Origin: Mobula hypostoma
Lineage: Eukaryota
Direction of reading: 5' to 3'
Assembly: GCF_963921235.1 (NCBI RefSeq)
Contig: NC_086097.1
Span: 63,242,001-63,306,000, forward strand
DNA length: 64,000 nt
Position 1 is the stretch's first letter. Every line of letters begins with the position of its first letter. The translations under genes and the position numbers were made by a program. The notes beneath the pieces are model-generated. The model did not search any database. It had not been told where the DNA came from and was given only the letters and a program-made list of their open reading frames with translations. Below, piece after piece: positions 51,376 to 63,373 of this stretch.

Positions 51376-52480
51376 TTTTCTCATTTGAGCAATTGTCAGC
51401 TAAATATAGCTTACCCAAAACTCACGTTTTTAGGCATCTACAAGTCAGAGACTTTCTAAGATCTCAATTATGCACATTTCCTATAAGCTCAGATAAGAAT
51501 TTACTAGATGTAATTTTCAATTTGACACCTTTTCATAGTGGTTCAATATCTAATATTTATGGCATGTTACTGGAGACAAGAAATGTTCCTTTAGACAAAA
51601 TTAAGAATCTCTGGGAACAAGATTTACAGACATCAATATCTGAGGAAACTTGGAATGAAATTTTTAAACTCGTTAATACTTCATCACTATGTGCTGGCCG
51701 TTCCCTCATACAATTTAAGGTGGTACATAGAGTCCATATGACTAAAGATGTTATCTCCTTTTTATTCGGATATATTTCCCTACTGTGACAGATGTAATAA
51801 TGGAGTAGCTTCATCAATTCATATGTTTTGGACCTGCCCGTGTTTTGAAAAATATTGGAAGGAAGTTTTTCAAACTTTTTCTTTACTTTTCAAAGTCAAT
51901 TTTAAGCTTAATCTTCTGATGGCACTATTCAGTATTGTTGCAGGAAAAGATATCAAGCTGAAGACATCTGATTTACATATTTTGGCCTTTAGCTCTCTTA
52001 TAGCTAACAGGGTGCTTTTGTTTAAATGGAAAGATGTTTTTCCTCCTACTCATGCTCAATGGTTATGCAACGTTATGTCAAGCTTAGATTTAGAGAAGAT
52101 TCTTTGTTCAATTTCTGAATCTCATCAGGACTTTCAAACATTGTGGGGAACCTTTCAGAATTATTCTCAAAACTTTCAAAACCCTCAATTTGTTGGTTAA
52201 ATTCAGATGTTGGCTATTATTATTCTTTTATAGAAGAAGGTACTTTACCTTTTTTCTCCTCAATAAACAGCTTTGGTCTTGGTAGGGGTTAGACTGTTTT
52301 TTGTGATAAATTAGTATATTTCAATATAACTATTGACTAACTTACATGAATATGGAGTAATAAGATTGTTATTATGAATACATATAATGTAACTGGTAGT
52401 TTTATCTTTTATTGTCCTTTTATATATACTTTCTTGTACTCTGTAGTCTTCTATGTAGAAGCTAATAAAAATATTGAAAA
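51376..52480 (+). mobile_element. L1-clade 3' fragment inserted in the minisatellite
   Basis: ORFs 51393-51788 and 51748-52200 are homologous to the L1 C-terminus at 25846-26655 (CDRC...HMFWTC). AATAAA near 52464. TSD GAAGTCAATGGGCCC/GAAATCAATGGGCCT (51361-51375 / 52481-52495). Confidence 0.9.
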
Positions 52481-53073
52481 GAAATCAATGGGCCTACTGG
52501 GTTTAACATCCTTCCATTGAAATGAATACACTGGGTTCAATGTCCTCCCATTGAGCTCAATGGGCCCACTGGGTTTAACATCCTCCCATTGAGATCAATG
52601 GGCCCACTGGGTTTAACATCCTCCCATTGAGATCAATGGGCCCACTGGGTTTAACATCCTCCCATTGAGATCAATGGGCCCACTGGGTTTAACATCCTCC
52701 CATTGAGATCAATGGGCCCACTGGGTTTAACATCCTCCCATTGAGATCAATGGGCCCCACTGGGTTTAACATCCTCCCACTGAGATCAATGGGCCCACTG
52801 GGTTTAACATCCTCCCATTGAGATCAATGGGCCCCACTGGGTTTAACATCCTCCCATTGAGATCAATGGGCCCACTGGGTTTAACATCCTCCCATTGAGA
52901 TCAATGGGCCCCACTGGGTTTAACATCCTCCCATTGAGATCAATGGGCCCCACTGGGTTTAACATCCTCCCATTGAGATCAATGGGCCCACTGGGTTTAA
53001 CATCCTCCCATTGAGATCAATGGGCCCACTGGGTTTAACATCCTCCCATTGAGATCAATGGGCCCAATGGGTT
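52481..53073. repeat. 38/39-bp palindromic minisatellite, right array (about 15 units)
   Basis: Same unit as the left array; several copies have an extra C (GGGCCCCACT). Confidence 0.97.
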
Positions 53074-53438
53074 CAGTGGCGAGGATTCCCAGCATTGAGA
53101 TGTTGAGAAATCTGCAGAGTTTAGCACTCCCCCATTGAGCACAGCTAGATATTGACATTCTTCAGACTATATGGAATATGATACGGGAGAGGAAGGAAAG
53201 GGAAACAATGAAATGGCAGATGAACTGAATAAGTACTTTGCGCCAGTCTTCGCTGTGAAAGATATCAGTAGCATACCAAAAATTCAATAGTGTGAGGGGA
53301 CAGAAGTGAGTGTAGCTGCTATTACTAAAGAGAAAATGTGAAACATGCCAAAAGGTCTGGAAATAGATAAGTCACCTGGACCAGATGAACTACTAGGGAT
53401 CTGAAAGAGGTAGCTGAAGGAATAGTGATGGCAATAAT

Positions 53439-54858
53439 TGTCACATGGGGGCACTGGGAGTGGACCCAAATGAAAGACACAGACACTGAAGTACTAGGAA
53501 CAGGACTTGACTAGAGAACTGGGTTAGGGACGTGACTGGATGCAGACTAGGAGCTGGGATAAGAACACAGACTTGGGCTAGGACATTGGCTAGGCAAGCG
53601 GGACCAGGACTAGGAACAGGGAACTGGGAGCCTGGGCTTGGACTCTGAGCCAAAGACTGGACAAGGACCCAGATCCTGGTTCTTGACTCGAGCTCGGACC
53701 CTGGAACTAGGCAAGGAAATGACATGGCTACAGGACTGGACGTGGCTTGGGTTCTTCACAGCTTGGGTTTCTTCGAGGCTTGGGTATGGACTCTGAGCCA
53801 GAGACTGGGCAAGGACCCAGAACCTGGGTCTTGACTCGGGCTTGGACTCCAGAACTAGATGAAGACATGACGTGGCTACACGACTGGATGTGGAACTCCT
53901 GCACAGGACAAGGCAAACATACAGGAAGAGGACGCAAAACCTTGACTTGGACAGGACGAGGTTCTTGGACGTGGCGTGGTCAGGACAATGTTCTTGGACG
54001 TGGCTTGGTCAGGACAAGAGACTCCTGGACAGAACAAGGGAACCCCAGCATCAGGCTGGGCATGGAACTCCTGGGCTGGGCGAGGCACATGGACAGGACA
54101 AGAACACGAAGCCTTGACTAGGTTGAGGCAGCCAGGAACGCAGAGCCTTGGTCTTGGGAGACAAGAACGCAGAACCTTGGTTGAGGGAGGACAGAAACGC
54201 AGAGACATGGAACACAGAGCCAGGACCCCTCCTTGGGAACAGGACTTGGGGCCAGAACTCTACACAGAGTCAGGACCCCTCTTAGGGAGCAAGATGTAGG
54301 GCCGGGACTCGTACACAGAACACAGAGACAATTCCCAACACAAGGTAGCAGCAAACCAGTCAGACCTACCTAGCAAAGGCATGGACACAGATACAGTTCT
54401 GAACACAAGGTAGCAACAAACAGCCAGATCTACCTAGCAAAGGCATGGACACAGAGACATTTCCCGACACTAGGTAGCAGCAAATGGCCAGACCTACCTA
54501 GCGAAGGCATGGACACAGACAGACAGTTCCAAACAGCAACAGTTTCTTATCCTGACACAGCAAGGCTCCAGTCTTGCTCCAACAGTTGAACTTGACAGCG
54601 GTGCAGGCAAAAGTTGCAGGCAAGGCAAAGCTTCAGGAGAAGGGGACCAAGAAGCAATTCAGACAGGGGTTTTTGGTAGGAACAATCCAGCAACTGAAGC
54701 TGAACCAAGGAGCTATTTACATAGCCAGCCCAAAATGTGAATCAGCTGCCTCAATTAGAGCACCCAACAGAAAAAAGGGAAAACCAGAAAACCTGGAATA
54801 AAGAACGATGGACCAGACTGTGAACCGGAATCCGGACTTCACGGACCAGACCATGACA
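53439..54858. mobile_element. Long solo LTR (1.42 kb) with internal tandem repeats
   Basis: TGTCA...TGACA termini and TSD ATAAT/TTAAT. Internal duplication of about 150 bp (53630-53900) and about four units of roughly 60 bp (54313-54532). No retroelement ORF. Confidence 0.75.
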
Positions 54859-55128
54859 TTAATAATGATCTTTCAACAATCATAAAATTCTGGAATGGTT
54901 CCGGAGGACTGGAAAATTGCAAATGTCACCCTATTCTTTAAGAAGTGAGGAGGAGGTAAAAGACAAGAAGCTATAGGCCATTTAGCCTGACTTCAGTCAT
55001 TGGCAAGATGTTAGAGTCCATTTTTAAGGATGAGGTTTTGAAGGACTTGGAGGCACATGATAAAATACGCTGAAGTCAGCACAATTTCCTTAAAGGGAAG
55101 TCGTTTCTGACAAATCTGTTGGATTTCT

Positions 55129-58100
55129 TGCTATGTTTTCTGACTTCAAAACATAAATCTCATTGAAAGAAAAACACAGAAGCCCACGAGAACATGTATG
55201 TACACTTCATTTTTCTACTTTAGTGAGGCGTGTGCATATGACATGATGAAATATTGACATATGCCATTCATATACTTTTACTTACAGTATAACCTGTCAG
55301 GAATTATGTAAACAAAGAATGCTTTACCAAACAATATATTTACAATGTTACTCAAATATTACTGAAATAGTAAACACAACACTCCTCTCTGCTGAGCTAT
55401 AAGCTCCAATTCAATCTCGAATGCATTGCAACTCAAATATGGCACGTATTGCTCTCTAGTCGTCTATATATACAGTATACTATAATACAATTATGACACC
55501 AACATCCATAGCATAGTAAATTTTAAATTCTCCCATTAAAGCCTAAAGATTTAATCACTGCAGAGGATTTCTTACTCTTGTGGCATGATGTCTTTCCTGA
55601 CAATGGTTACTTTGCTTGGCTGTGAAATAATCTCAGGTTCTAGGACCTCCTCTGTGGCAGTTACAGAAGTCAAGTTTGGTACGATATGATGTCATGCTGA
55701 TAGCTTTGGCCACCTTTAGTCACTAACAATTGACTCTTCTCTCCTCAACTGATCAACACTGGATGCAATCTCTACTGTGTAGGAGAGTGGTCTAATTCTG
55801 TCCTTAATCTTTCCAAGTAGTCTCTGTTGATCACCTCTGTAGTCCCTCACCAGAACTGCTTGTCCAGGAGTGAAACATCAAGCCTCCTTGTTTGAGAAGC
55901 CCTCGGTTTGTCTAAGCTGTTTGTCCTATATACTCCTTCAAAGATTGGGTTTGAGGAGATGCAAGCATAAGCACGAGTGATGAGCCAGGAACAGCATAAT
56001 TGTGTGTGGTTGGTTGTAGAGTGTGCTGCATTGTGATATGAAGGAAGGAAATTGGCAGGCTTTTGATACAGTGTCAGCATAATGTGTTCTGCTGACATTG
56101 TTTGCAGTGCCTTCTTTAGACTCTGGACAAACCTTTCCACCAAGCCATTTGTAGTTGGGTAGTACGGTGGCGATATATGTCATATTGCATTCATTTTCAG
56201 GAATGGCTGAAACTGTTCCACAACAAACTGTGGTCTAGAACACTGATGAAGTAGTCCAGAACACCAGTCCTGGACTGAAGACTACTCAACACATAAAGAG
56301 TGTATGAGCCTGTACATCTGGACACATTATAGCTGCATCCACTACAACAAAGAAATTTGTGCCTATGAACAGCCTAGCAAACTCCACATGAATCCTCTAC
56401 TAGTACAATGTAGGCCATTCCCAGGGATAAATGTGCAGACTATTTTCTAAGCAGGGAAAAAAAATCCAAAAACCTGGGATGCAAAGAGACTTGGAAGTCC
56501 TTGTGCAGAACACCCTAAAGGTTAACTTGCAGATCGAGTTAGTGGTGAGGAAGGCAAATGCCATGTTAGCATTCATTTCAAGAGGTCTAGAATACAAGAG
56601 CAGGAATGTGACGCTGAGGCTTTATAAGACACTGGTGAGGCCTCACCCTGAGTATTGTGAATAGTTTTGGGCCCCTCATCTTAGAAAAGATGTGATGGCA
56701 TTGGAGAGGGTCCAGAGGAGTTTCACAAGGATGATTCCAGGAATAAAAGGGTTATCATACGAGGAACATTTGATGGCTCTGGGTCTGTACTTGCTGGAAT
56801 TCAGAAGGAAGAGGGAGGGATCTCATTGAAACCTTTCAAATGTTGAAAGGCCGAAACAGAGCAGATGTGGAAAGGATGTTTCCCATGGTGGGAGAAATTA
56901 GGACAAGAGGGCACAGCCTCAGGATAGAGGGATGCCCTTTCAAAACAGAGATGCGGAGAAATTTCTTTAGCCAAAGGGTGGTGAATTTGTGGAATTTGTT
57001 GCCACATGCAGCTGTAGAGGCCAGGTTGTTGGGAGTTTCTAAGGTAGAGATTGATAGGTTTTTGACTGGACATAGCATCAAAGGTTACGGGGAGAAGGCT
57101 GGGTACTGGGGTTGAGGAGGAGAAGAAAAAAGGATCAGCGATGTTTGAATGGCGGAGCACACTCAGTGGGCCAGATGGCCTAATTCTGTTCCTGTCTTAT
57201 GGTCTATGGTCTTACATAGAGAAGCAGCTCTTGGCTTCTTCTGGACATGTTGGCATCCCAAACAGTGTATGGTAAGCTGCACGATCTGTGGATCTATCCA
57301 AGGCCAGAAGACAAAGCTTCAAGCTAATGCTTGCATTTTGACCACGCTTAGGTAACTAGCCTGTCGCTCATCGGACACTTTAGCTCGCAGGTTGGATGGT
57401 ACAACAACTCTCAACCCTCACATAAGGCAACCCCCATCAATGATAAGTTCATCCTAGCACTGGTAAAAATAAGGGAACTGGGATTTCTGCTGCACATTCC
57501 AGCCATTTTGGGTTGCCATATAGACAGGAGACACTGTGATTTCCCTTTGGATTATCATTGCCATAATAGGGAGAACTGAATTTGCATTATGGAGAATATG
57601 TCAAGAGGAATGTCTTTTTTTGTAAATTTTTCAGGTAATCTCCTTTTCCAAAGATAAATGGGAAAATCACCAGAATTTCTATGATTAGTTGTCCTCTTGA
57701 ACTTGAGTTTGTAACTGTATCCTCAAAAAGAACAGAGCCTACCTCTGTATTTGTACTGCTGCTGTTAGTGGAACACATTTCTGTGGATTGAAAATGGACA
57801 CTAGGTGGTTGATGATCAGTACTAACTGGAAACTCTCTCCCATAAAAGTACTAGTTGAAACACCCCAAAACAGACTCAAGGCCTCTCTGTCAATCTGTGC
57901 ATAATTTTTCTCTGCATCGGTAAGGGAATGTAATGCAAAGTCTATGGAACATTCATTTCCATCACTCATAACATACAACACGACTACACTTATACTATAA
58001 AGCGAGGCATCAGAGGGAAGTTTCACTGGATGATGTGGATCAGAATGTATGAGTACAGTGTCTGACTTCATCATTTCCTTCACCTTTTTAAAAGCCACTT

Positions 58101-60533
58101 CACACTGCTCTGTCCATTGCCATTTCTTCCTGATTTGTAGTAATGAGTTCAAAGAGTGGAGCACAGTAGCCAGGTTTGGCAGGAACCTGTTACTGTAATT
58201 GAGAAGTCCTAAAAAGGACCACAACTGTGACACACCTTTTTGCCTTGGGACATCCACCACAGCTTGAATTTTCTCAGTACACTTGTGTAATACTTGTGCA
58301 CCATGTGATACAGTACTTGGTTTAGAGGATTCACACTTGTCGTGTCACACTCTGAGTCCATAATCTTCTAATCTTTTGCAGGTGCAGATGGTACTCCAGA
58401 AATAAGCTTATTATAGTGATAAAGCCCTTTGTGAGTATTTATGGTGAGAAACACTTTGAACCCTTCTTCCATCTCCACCTGCAGGTAGGCCTCAGCTAAA
58501 TCCACTTTGATAAAGTGCTTTCCTCTAGAAAGATTTGCAAAGTTATTCTCTATCCTGGGCAGAGGGTATTGATCTACTTTCAGTATGATGTTTATGGTGG
58601 CCTTAAAATCACCACAGATCCTGACAGACCCATTCCTTTCTGGCTACTGGGACCATAGGCATTGCCCATGGGCTCCACTCAACCTTGGAAAGAATTCCTT
58701 CAGCCTCTATGCAATTTAGCTCATTGGCTACTTTATCATGGATTGTATGAGGAACTGCACAGACTTTGTAAAACTTTGCCATGCCATTTCCACTTAACAC
58801 TACTTTACCCTTGATATGTTTTAGTTTGTCAATGCCACCCTTGAACTCTGCTGTGGCATTAGCCTGTACCTTTCTTAATTTGCTTTCAGCTGACTCTATT
58901 GCAGGGGATGTGGCATACAAATGGTTGGTGGATCTTCAATCAAGTTGTAGTTGTCTCAAGTAATCATGGCCCCACAATGCTGGCCCTCCCGTTTTTACCA
59001 TACAAGCCTAATATGATTTGTTAGTTGTTGGGTTGTTGTATTTCATTATTATGAATTTTATTCCCACAGGAGTTCTTTCCTCCAGTATAAATTCTTAACT
59101 GGATATCTGCAGTATCTTTGAAAAACCACTCAATTTCATTTTGTGGAATAACTCAAATAGCCAAAATAGCGTTCAATTGCATATCAATTAATTTGCCATT
59201 CACTTCCCATGTAAGCCATATTGCTTTTTTTTTGTTAGCTTTCACAATGTAAATCTCAAGGCTAGCCTATCCTCTGTCACTCTCAACATTATCAGATTTT
59301 TCTTCAACAGCATGCATATTAATGCTCTTTTTGAAACTACAGCTTGACTTCTCTTCTTTTTCTCTTCTTTTTCTCTTCCTTGTGCAATTCTTTTATTTTT
59401 GTCTGCCCAACATGTTCTTTGTACGTACCCTACTTTGTAGCATCTTCTGCAAGTTTCACCTTTGGTTTGGTGTATGTGAGCTTCTGCCACAACAGTAACA
59501 CAATTTGTTTGGCCAAGCCTGGTTCTATTTGAATGTTGTAATTTTCTTCACATATAATTTCATTCCTGACTGCAACTCAGTTGTACCTCTGGCCACAGTT
59601 TCCATTGATTCAGTGATTTCAACTGCTTCAGTTGGAGCTGTTTTTGCATGATTTCTTGTAAGATTCCACAAGCTAAACAATCTCTCTATGCATCGTTAAC
59701 CCCATCACTGAACTGACAATAATCAGACAACTTCTTCAATTCAGCCACATAAGCTGAAATGGACATCCTTCCTTTTGATTCTGCTTGCAGAACCTAAGGC
59801 GTTCTGCAAACAACAATGGTTTCAGTTCTAAACTTCCCTGCAGTACTTTCACAATATCAGTAACGCTAAGCTCTGCAGGTTTGGTTGGAGCAGTTACACT
59901 TCTAATCAAAGTATATGCTTTGTCACCTCTTATATTCAGCAAAACTGGCACTTGTTTTTCATTGGCTATATCATTTGCTTCAAAATAATTCTCAATTAAT
60001 TCAGTATGCAACATCCAGTTATCTGTTGTGCAATTGAACACATCTATCTTTCTAATGTAGCCAGCGATTTCTGCTCTTTTTAAAAATGTATTATTATGAA
60101 TTTCATCCATACTCTACCTTTTTTTAACTGAACCATCTCTATCCCTCTTTCAAAGACACACGCTGTGTTTTTTTATAAACTTGAGCATCTCTCTCCTCTT
60201 GCGAACAAAAAAAATGCACTGCACTTTCTTTAATTCAAAGGTCTTGCTGTGCTCCAACAGGTAGGTATTTGTCTCAGATTTGTTTTAAAACTTATTCGTT
60301 ACCACTGTTATGTTTTGTGACTCCAAAACATAAAACTTATTGAAGGGAGCCCAGAAGAATGTGTATGCCTTGTTTTTACTTTAGTGAGGCACGCACATAT
60401 GATGAGGTGATGTAATGACATTTACCATTCACGTACTTTTCCATATAACTTGTAATGAAACAAAAAAAATGCTTAATCAAACAATATATTTATAATATTA
60501 CTCAAATATTACTGAAATATTAAATACACAACA
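55129..60533 (-). mobile_element. Ty3/Gypsy LTR retrotransposon (Mag/K02A2.6-like), degraded, both LTRs present
   Basis: LTRs at 60306-60533 (5') and 55129-55381 (3'). PBS-like TGGTAACGA next to the 5' LTR; PPT AGAGAGGAG at 55382-55390. Peptides: gag (ENYFEANDIA), RT (EGILSKVEWSPWA), RNase H (DAS..EKNYAQIDREAL), integrase (ERFVQSLKKAL). Flanks ATTTCT/ATTTTT. Confidence 0.88.
56430..57213 (+). mobile_element. CR1 3' fragment nested in the Gypsy integrase region
   Basis: ORFs 56431-56664 and 56840-57115; CTTATGGTCTATGGTCTT tail. Confidence 0.9.
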
Positions 60534-60903
60534 ATTTTTCCATGAAATAATAAGCAGGGTAGACAAGGGAGAGTCAGCGGATGTTGTTTACTTGGCTTTT
60601 GATAAAGTGCCACACATGAGGCTGCTTAACAAGAGTCCATGATATTACAGGAAAGACCTACCATGGGCGGAAGATTGGCAGACTGATAGAAGGCAAAATG
60701 TAGGGTAAAAGGGGCTGTCACTGGAGTTTAGAAGAATGAGGGAGGTCGCATTGAACCCTACTGAACATGGAAAGGCCTCAATTGAGGGGGCATGGAGAGG
60801 ATGTTTTCAATTATGGAAGAGTCGAGGACCCAAGGGTACAGCCTCAGAGTAGGAAGGTGGCCCTTTAGAATAGAGATGAGGAGGAATTCATTTAGCAGTG
60901 AAT

Positions 60904-61152
60904 TCAAACTATATGCTTTGCCACCTCTTATATTCAGCAAAACTGACACTTGCCTTTCATTGGCTATTTCATTTGCTTCAAAATAATTCTCAATTAATTC
61001 AGTATGCAACATCCAGTTATCTGGTGTGCAATTGAACGCATCTATATTTCTAATGTAACCAGCCATTTCTGCTCTTTTTAAAAATTTATTATTATTATGA
61101 ATTTCATCCAGACTCTACCTTTTTTTTAACTGAACCATCTCTATCCCTCTTC
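60904..61152 (-). repeat. Local duplicate of the Gypsy gag start (59906-60151) inserted in CR1
   Basis: Encodes MAGYIRNIDAFNCTPDNWMLHTELIENYFEAN, as in ORF 59736-60110. Flanked by CAGTGAAT (60896-60903 / 61153-61160). Confidence 0.88.
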
Positions 61153-62996
61153 CAGTGAATCTGTGAAATTCATTGTCCTAGTCGCTGGGCATGTTTAAAG
61201 CAAAGGCACTATATTAGTAAAGGTGTCAAATGTTATGGGGAGAGGGCAGGAGAATGGGTATGATGAGGTCAGTGGGCTGAATGGCCTAATTCTGCTCATA
61301 GGTCTTGCAGTCATGATCTCTGCAAATAAAGAGCAGAATACCACTCTTGGGGATGGGTAGTTCTGGATCTGCCTGCTGCCTGCACCCATCATTCCCTGTC
61401 CTCCATTCTGCAAAAGAGTGAATGAACTGACCCTGGTCATTCAACAGATGTGACAGAGTGGTCCCCAAGTAACAAGTAAACCTCTGGTGATGAATTCTCA
61501 GGTCTTAACCTTAGAATTTTAAAGTCAAATGCTTTTAAACTATTTTTAAATGTGTCAATAAATTCTATGACAGTGCAACAACAGGCTGAGGAGGTGGGTG
61601 TCAAGTGGCACACTAGGTTTTAATTGGTATCTGACCTCTAGGTCATTCCAGGCTTCATGGAAATGCAGAATTATGAAATGAGATGACCCATGATTGACTG
61701 TTCCCGGCAATTGACTATCACCTCATGATGACCTTATATTTGGGTTTGCATTTCTGTACTTTATCCAGTACATTTATGCATGATACTAAAATAGTCTACA
61801 AACTGCTTAATAATCTACTTAAAGCAACACATTATGATAGCTTGAAGCTAACATTAAAATGTGCATGGTGTTAAAAATATAGATAAAAGAAAACCACAAA
61901 ATTTGACTGGCCCCAGGGTCAAATTAGGTGCAAATTAGACTGGAGTTCTGCTGGTTGATATGATAACAGAATCCCTCAAAGGTTTGAAATTGGATCAAAA
62001 CATCCTAAAATCTACATTCTTGAAACTTTGGGTATTATATTAAATCTGTTATTCGATGAAAAGCAGTTTTAAAATATTTGAGTTATAACTTATGATGATC
62101 TCAAGAGTATTTATTCCCAAAGGAAAAATAAGTTTAGACAGCAAATTAAAGGCATTTATGAGTATCCATTTATCACAATGCCATTCTTTAGCAACAGAGC
62201 CAAGAAAGTGCTACCAACCCTGAATCTTTAGAGTTTCCTTTTTCTATAATCAAGCATGGATCTCCATGGCTGACTTGTTCACTTACAATGTTGCAGCAAC
62301 TGGGAAAAACAAATAAATTCTTTATTCATTTCTTGCCTTGTGTGACGGACACTCCTTAAATAAGTGCATATCTCAAGGATTTTTCCTGACATCTATTACT
62401 TTATATTTTGCTACATTGAAGTCCATCTACTTATTCATTAAGTTACTCCAAATCTCTGAACATCATCGCCCACATCCATATTAATCACCTGGTTATACAG
62501 CTGAGTAATGAATAAAAGAATTTGGTGAATCAACTTTAGAAATTGTGCTTACACAAGATAAGACTGCAGAGTTCCCTAGTTATCTGAATTCATTTTTTGT
62601 CTGTCATTATTCATCTCTAGCAGGTTGCCTATAATACCTTGAAATGTGACTTGCTCAATATGACGTTCAGTAATCTTTCCCTATGAGTTTTGTAATGTCA
62701 AATCTATGCTTTATAATCATCCTTGAGATCCTTGAGTTGCATTATGACCTCAAGAAGTATTTGAGAGTACTTGAAGTTTATCAGAAAAGATGTTAAGGCA
62801 TAGCTTCAATTGTGTGAAAGTATATAATGAAAATATCATAGAACTGCAGAGGCTACAAGATATACATCTGTTGCATTGCCTTTCATCCATTTCTCAGTCA
62901 CAATTTTAAGCAGGGGCTGTAAGAAACGGATTGGTTATATGCTGTTTCTACGAGATTGGTCCTCTGTTAGATGTCACTAACCTGACAAGATTAGAC

Positions 62997-63373
62997 ATTC
63001 TTTCTCTCACTCTCCTTTTTCTCCCCCTGTCCCTCTGAATATACCTCTTGCCCATCCTCTGGGTCACCCCCCCTGTCTTTCTTCCCGGACCTCCTGTCCC
63101 ATGATCCTCTCGTATCCCCTTCTGCCTATCACCTGTCCAGCTCTCGGCTCCATCCCTCCCCCTCCTGTCTTCTCCTATCATTTTGCATCTCCCCCTCCCC
63201 CTCCAGCTTTCAAATCCCTTACTCACTCTTCCTTCAGTTAGTCCTGACGAAGGGTCTCGGCCTGAAACGTCGACTGCGCTTCTTCCTATAGATGCTGCCT
63301 GGCCTGCTGCGTTCACCAGCAACTTTGATGTATGTTGCTTGAATTTCCAGCATCTGCAGAATTCCTGTTGTTT
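62997..63373 (+). mobile_element. Penelope pLTR-only insertion
   Basis: Near-identical to the reverse complement of 22209-22590. Exact TSD AAGATTAGAC (62987-62996 / 63374-63383). Confidence 0.92.
63240..63275 (+). ncRNA. Minimal hammerhead ribozyme motif
   Basis: AGTC-CTGACGA-AGGGTCTCGGCCT-GAAA-CGTC-GACT; core intact. Confidence 0.75.

Larger units (their letters stand above)
53180..61310 (+). mobile_element. Degraded CR1 LINE in pieces (53180-53438, 54864-55128, 60534-60903, 61153-61310) hosting three insertions
   Basis: CR1 sequence (DKSPGPD | PEDWKIANVT..SQH | RVDKGESADVVYL..FDKVPH | SRTQGYSLR) is collinear once the insertions are removed. Confidence 0.8.

Noticed and set aside
50143..53073. 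CRISPR-like array of palindromic repeats next to ORFs
   Set aside because: Units are head-to-tail with no unique spacers, the embedded ORFs are L1 ORF2 fragments rather than cas genes, and the context is eukaryotic.
53441..54354. Cluster of overlapping low-complexity ORFs
   Set aside because: They are by-products of tandem repeats within the solo LTR.
60758..61066. ORF resembling a gag fusion gene
   Set aside because: It is the duplicated gag start running into antisense CR1 sequence; nothing suggests function.
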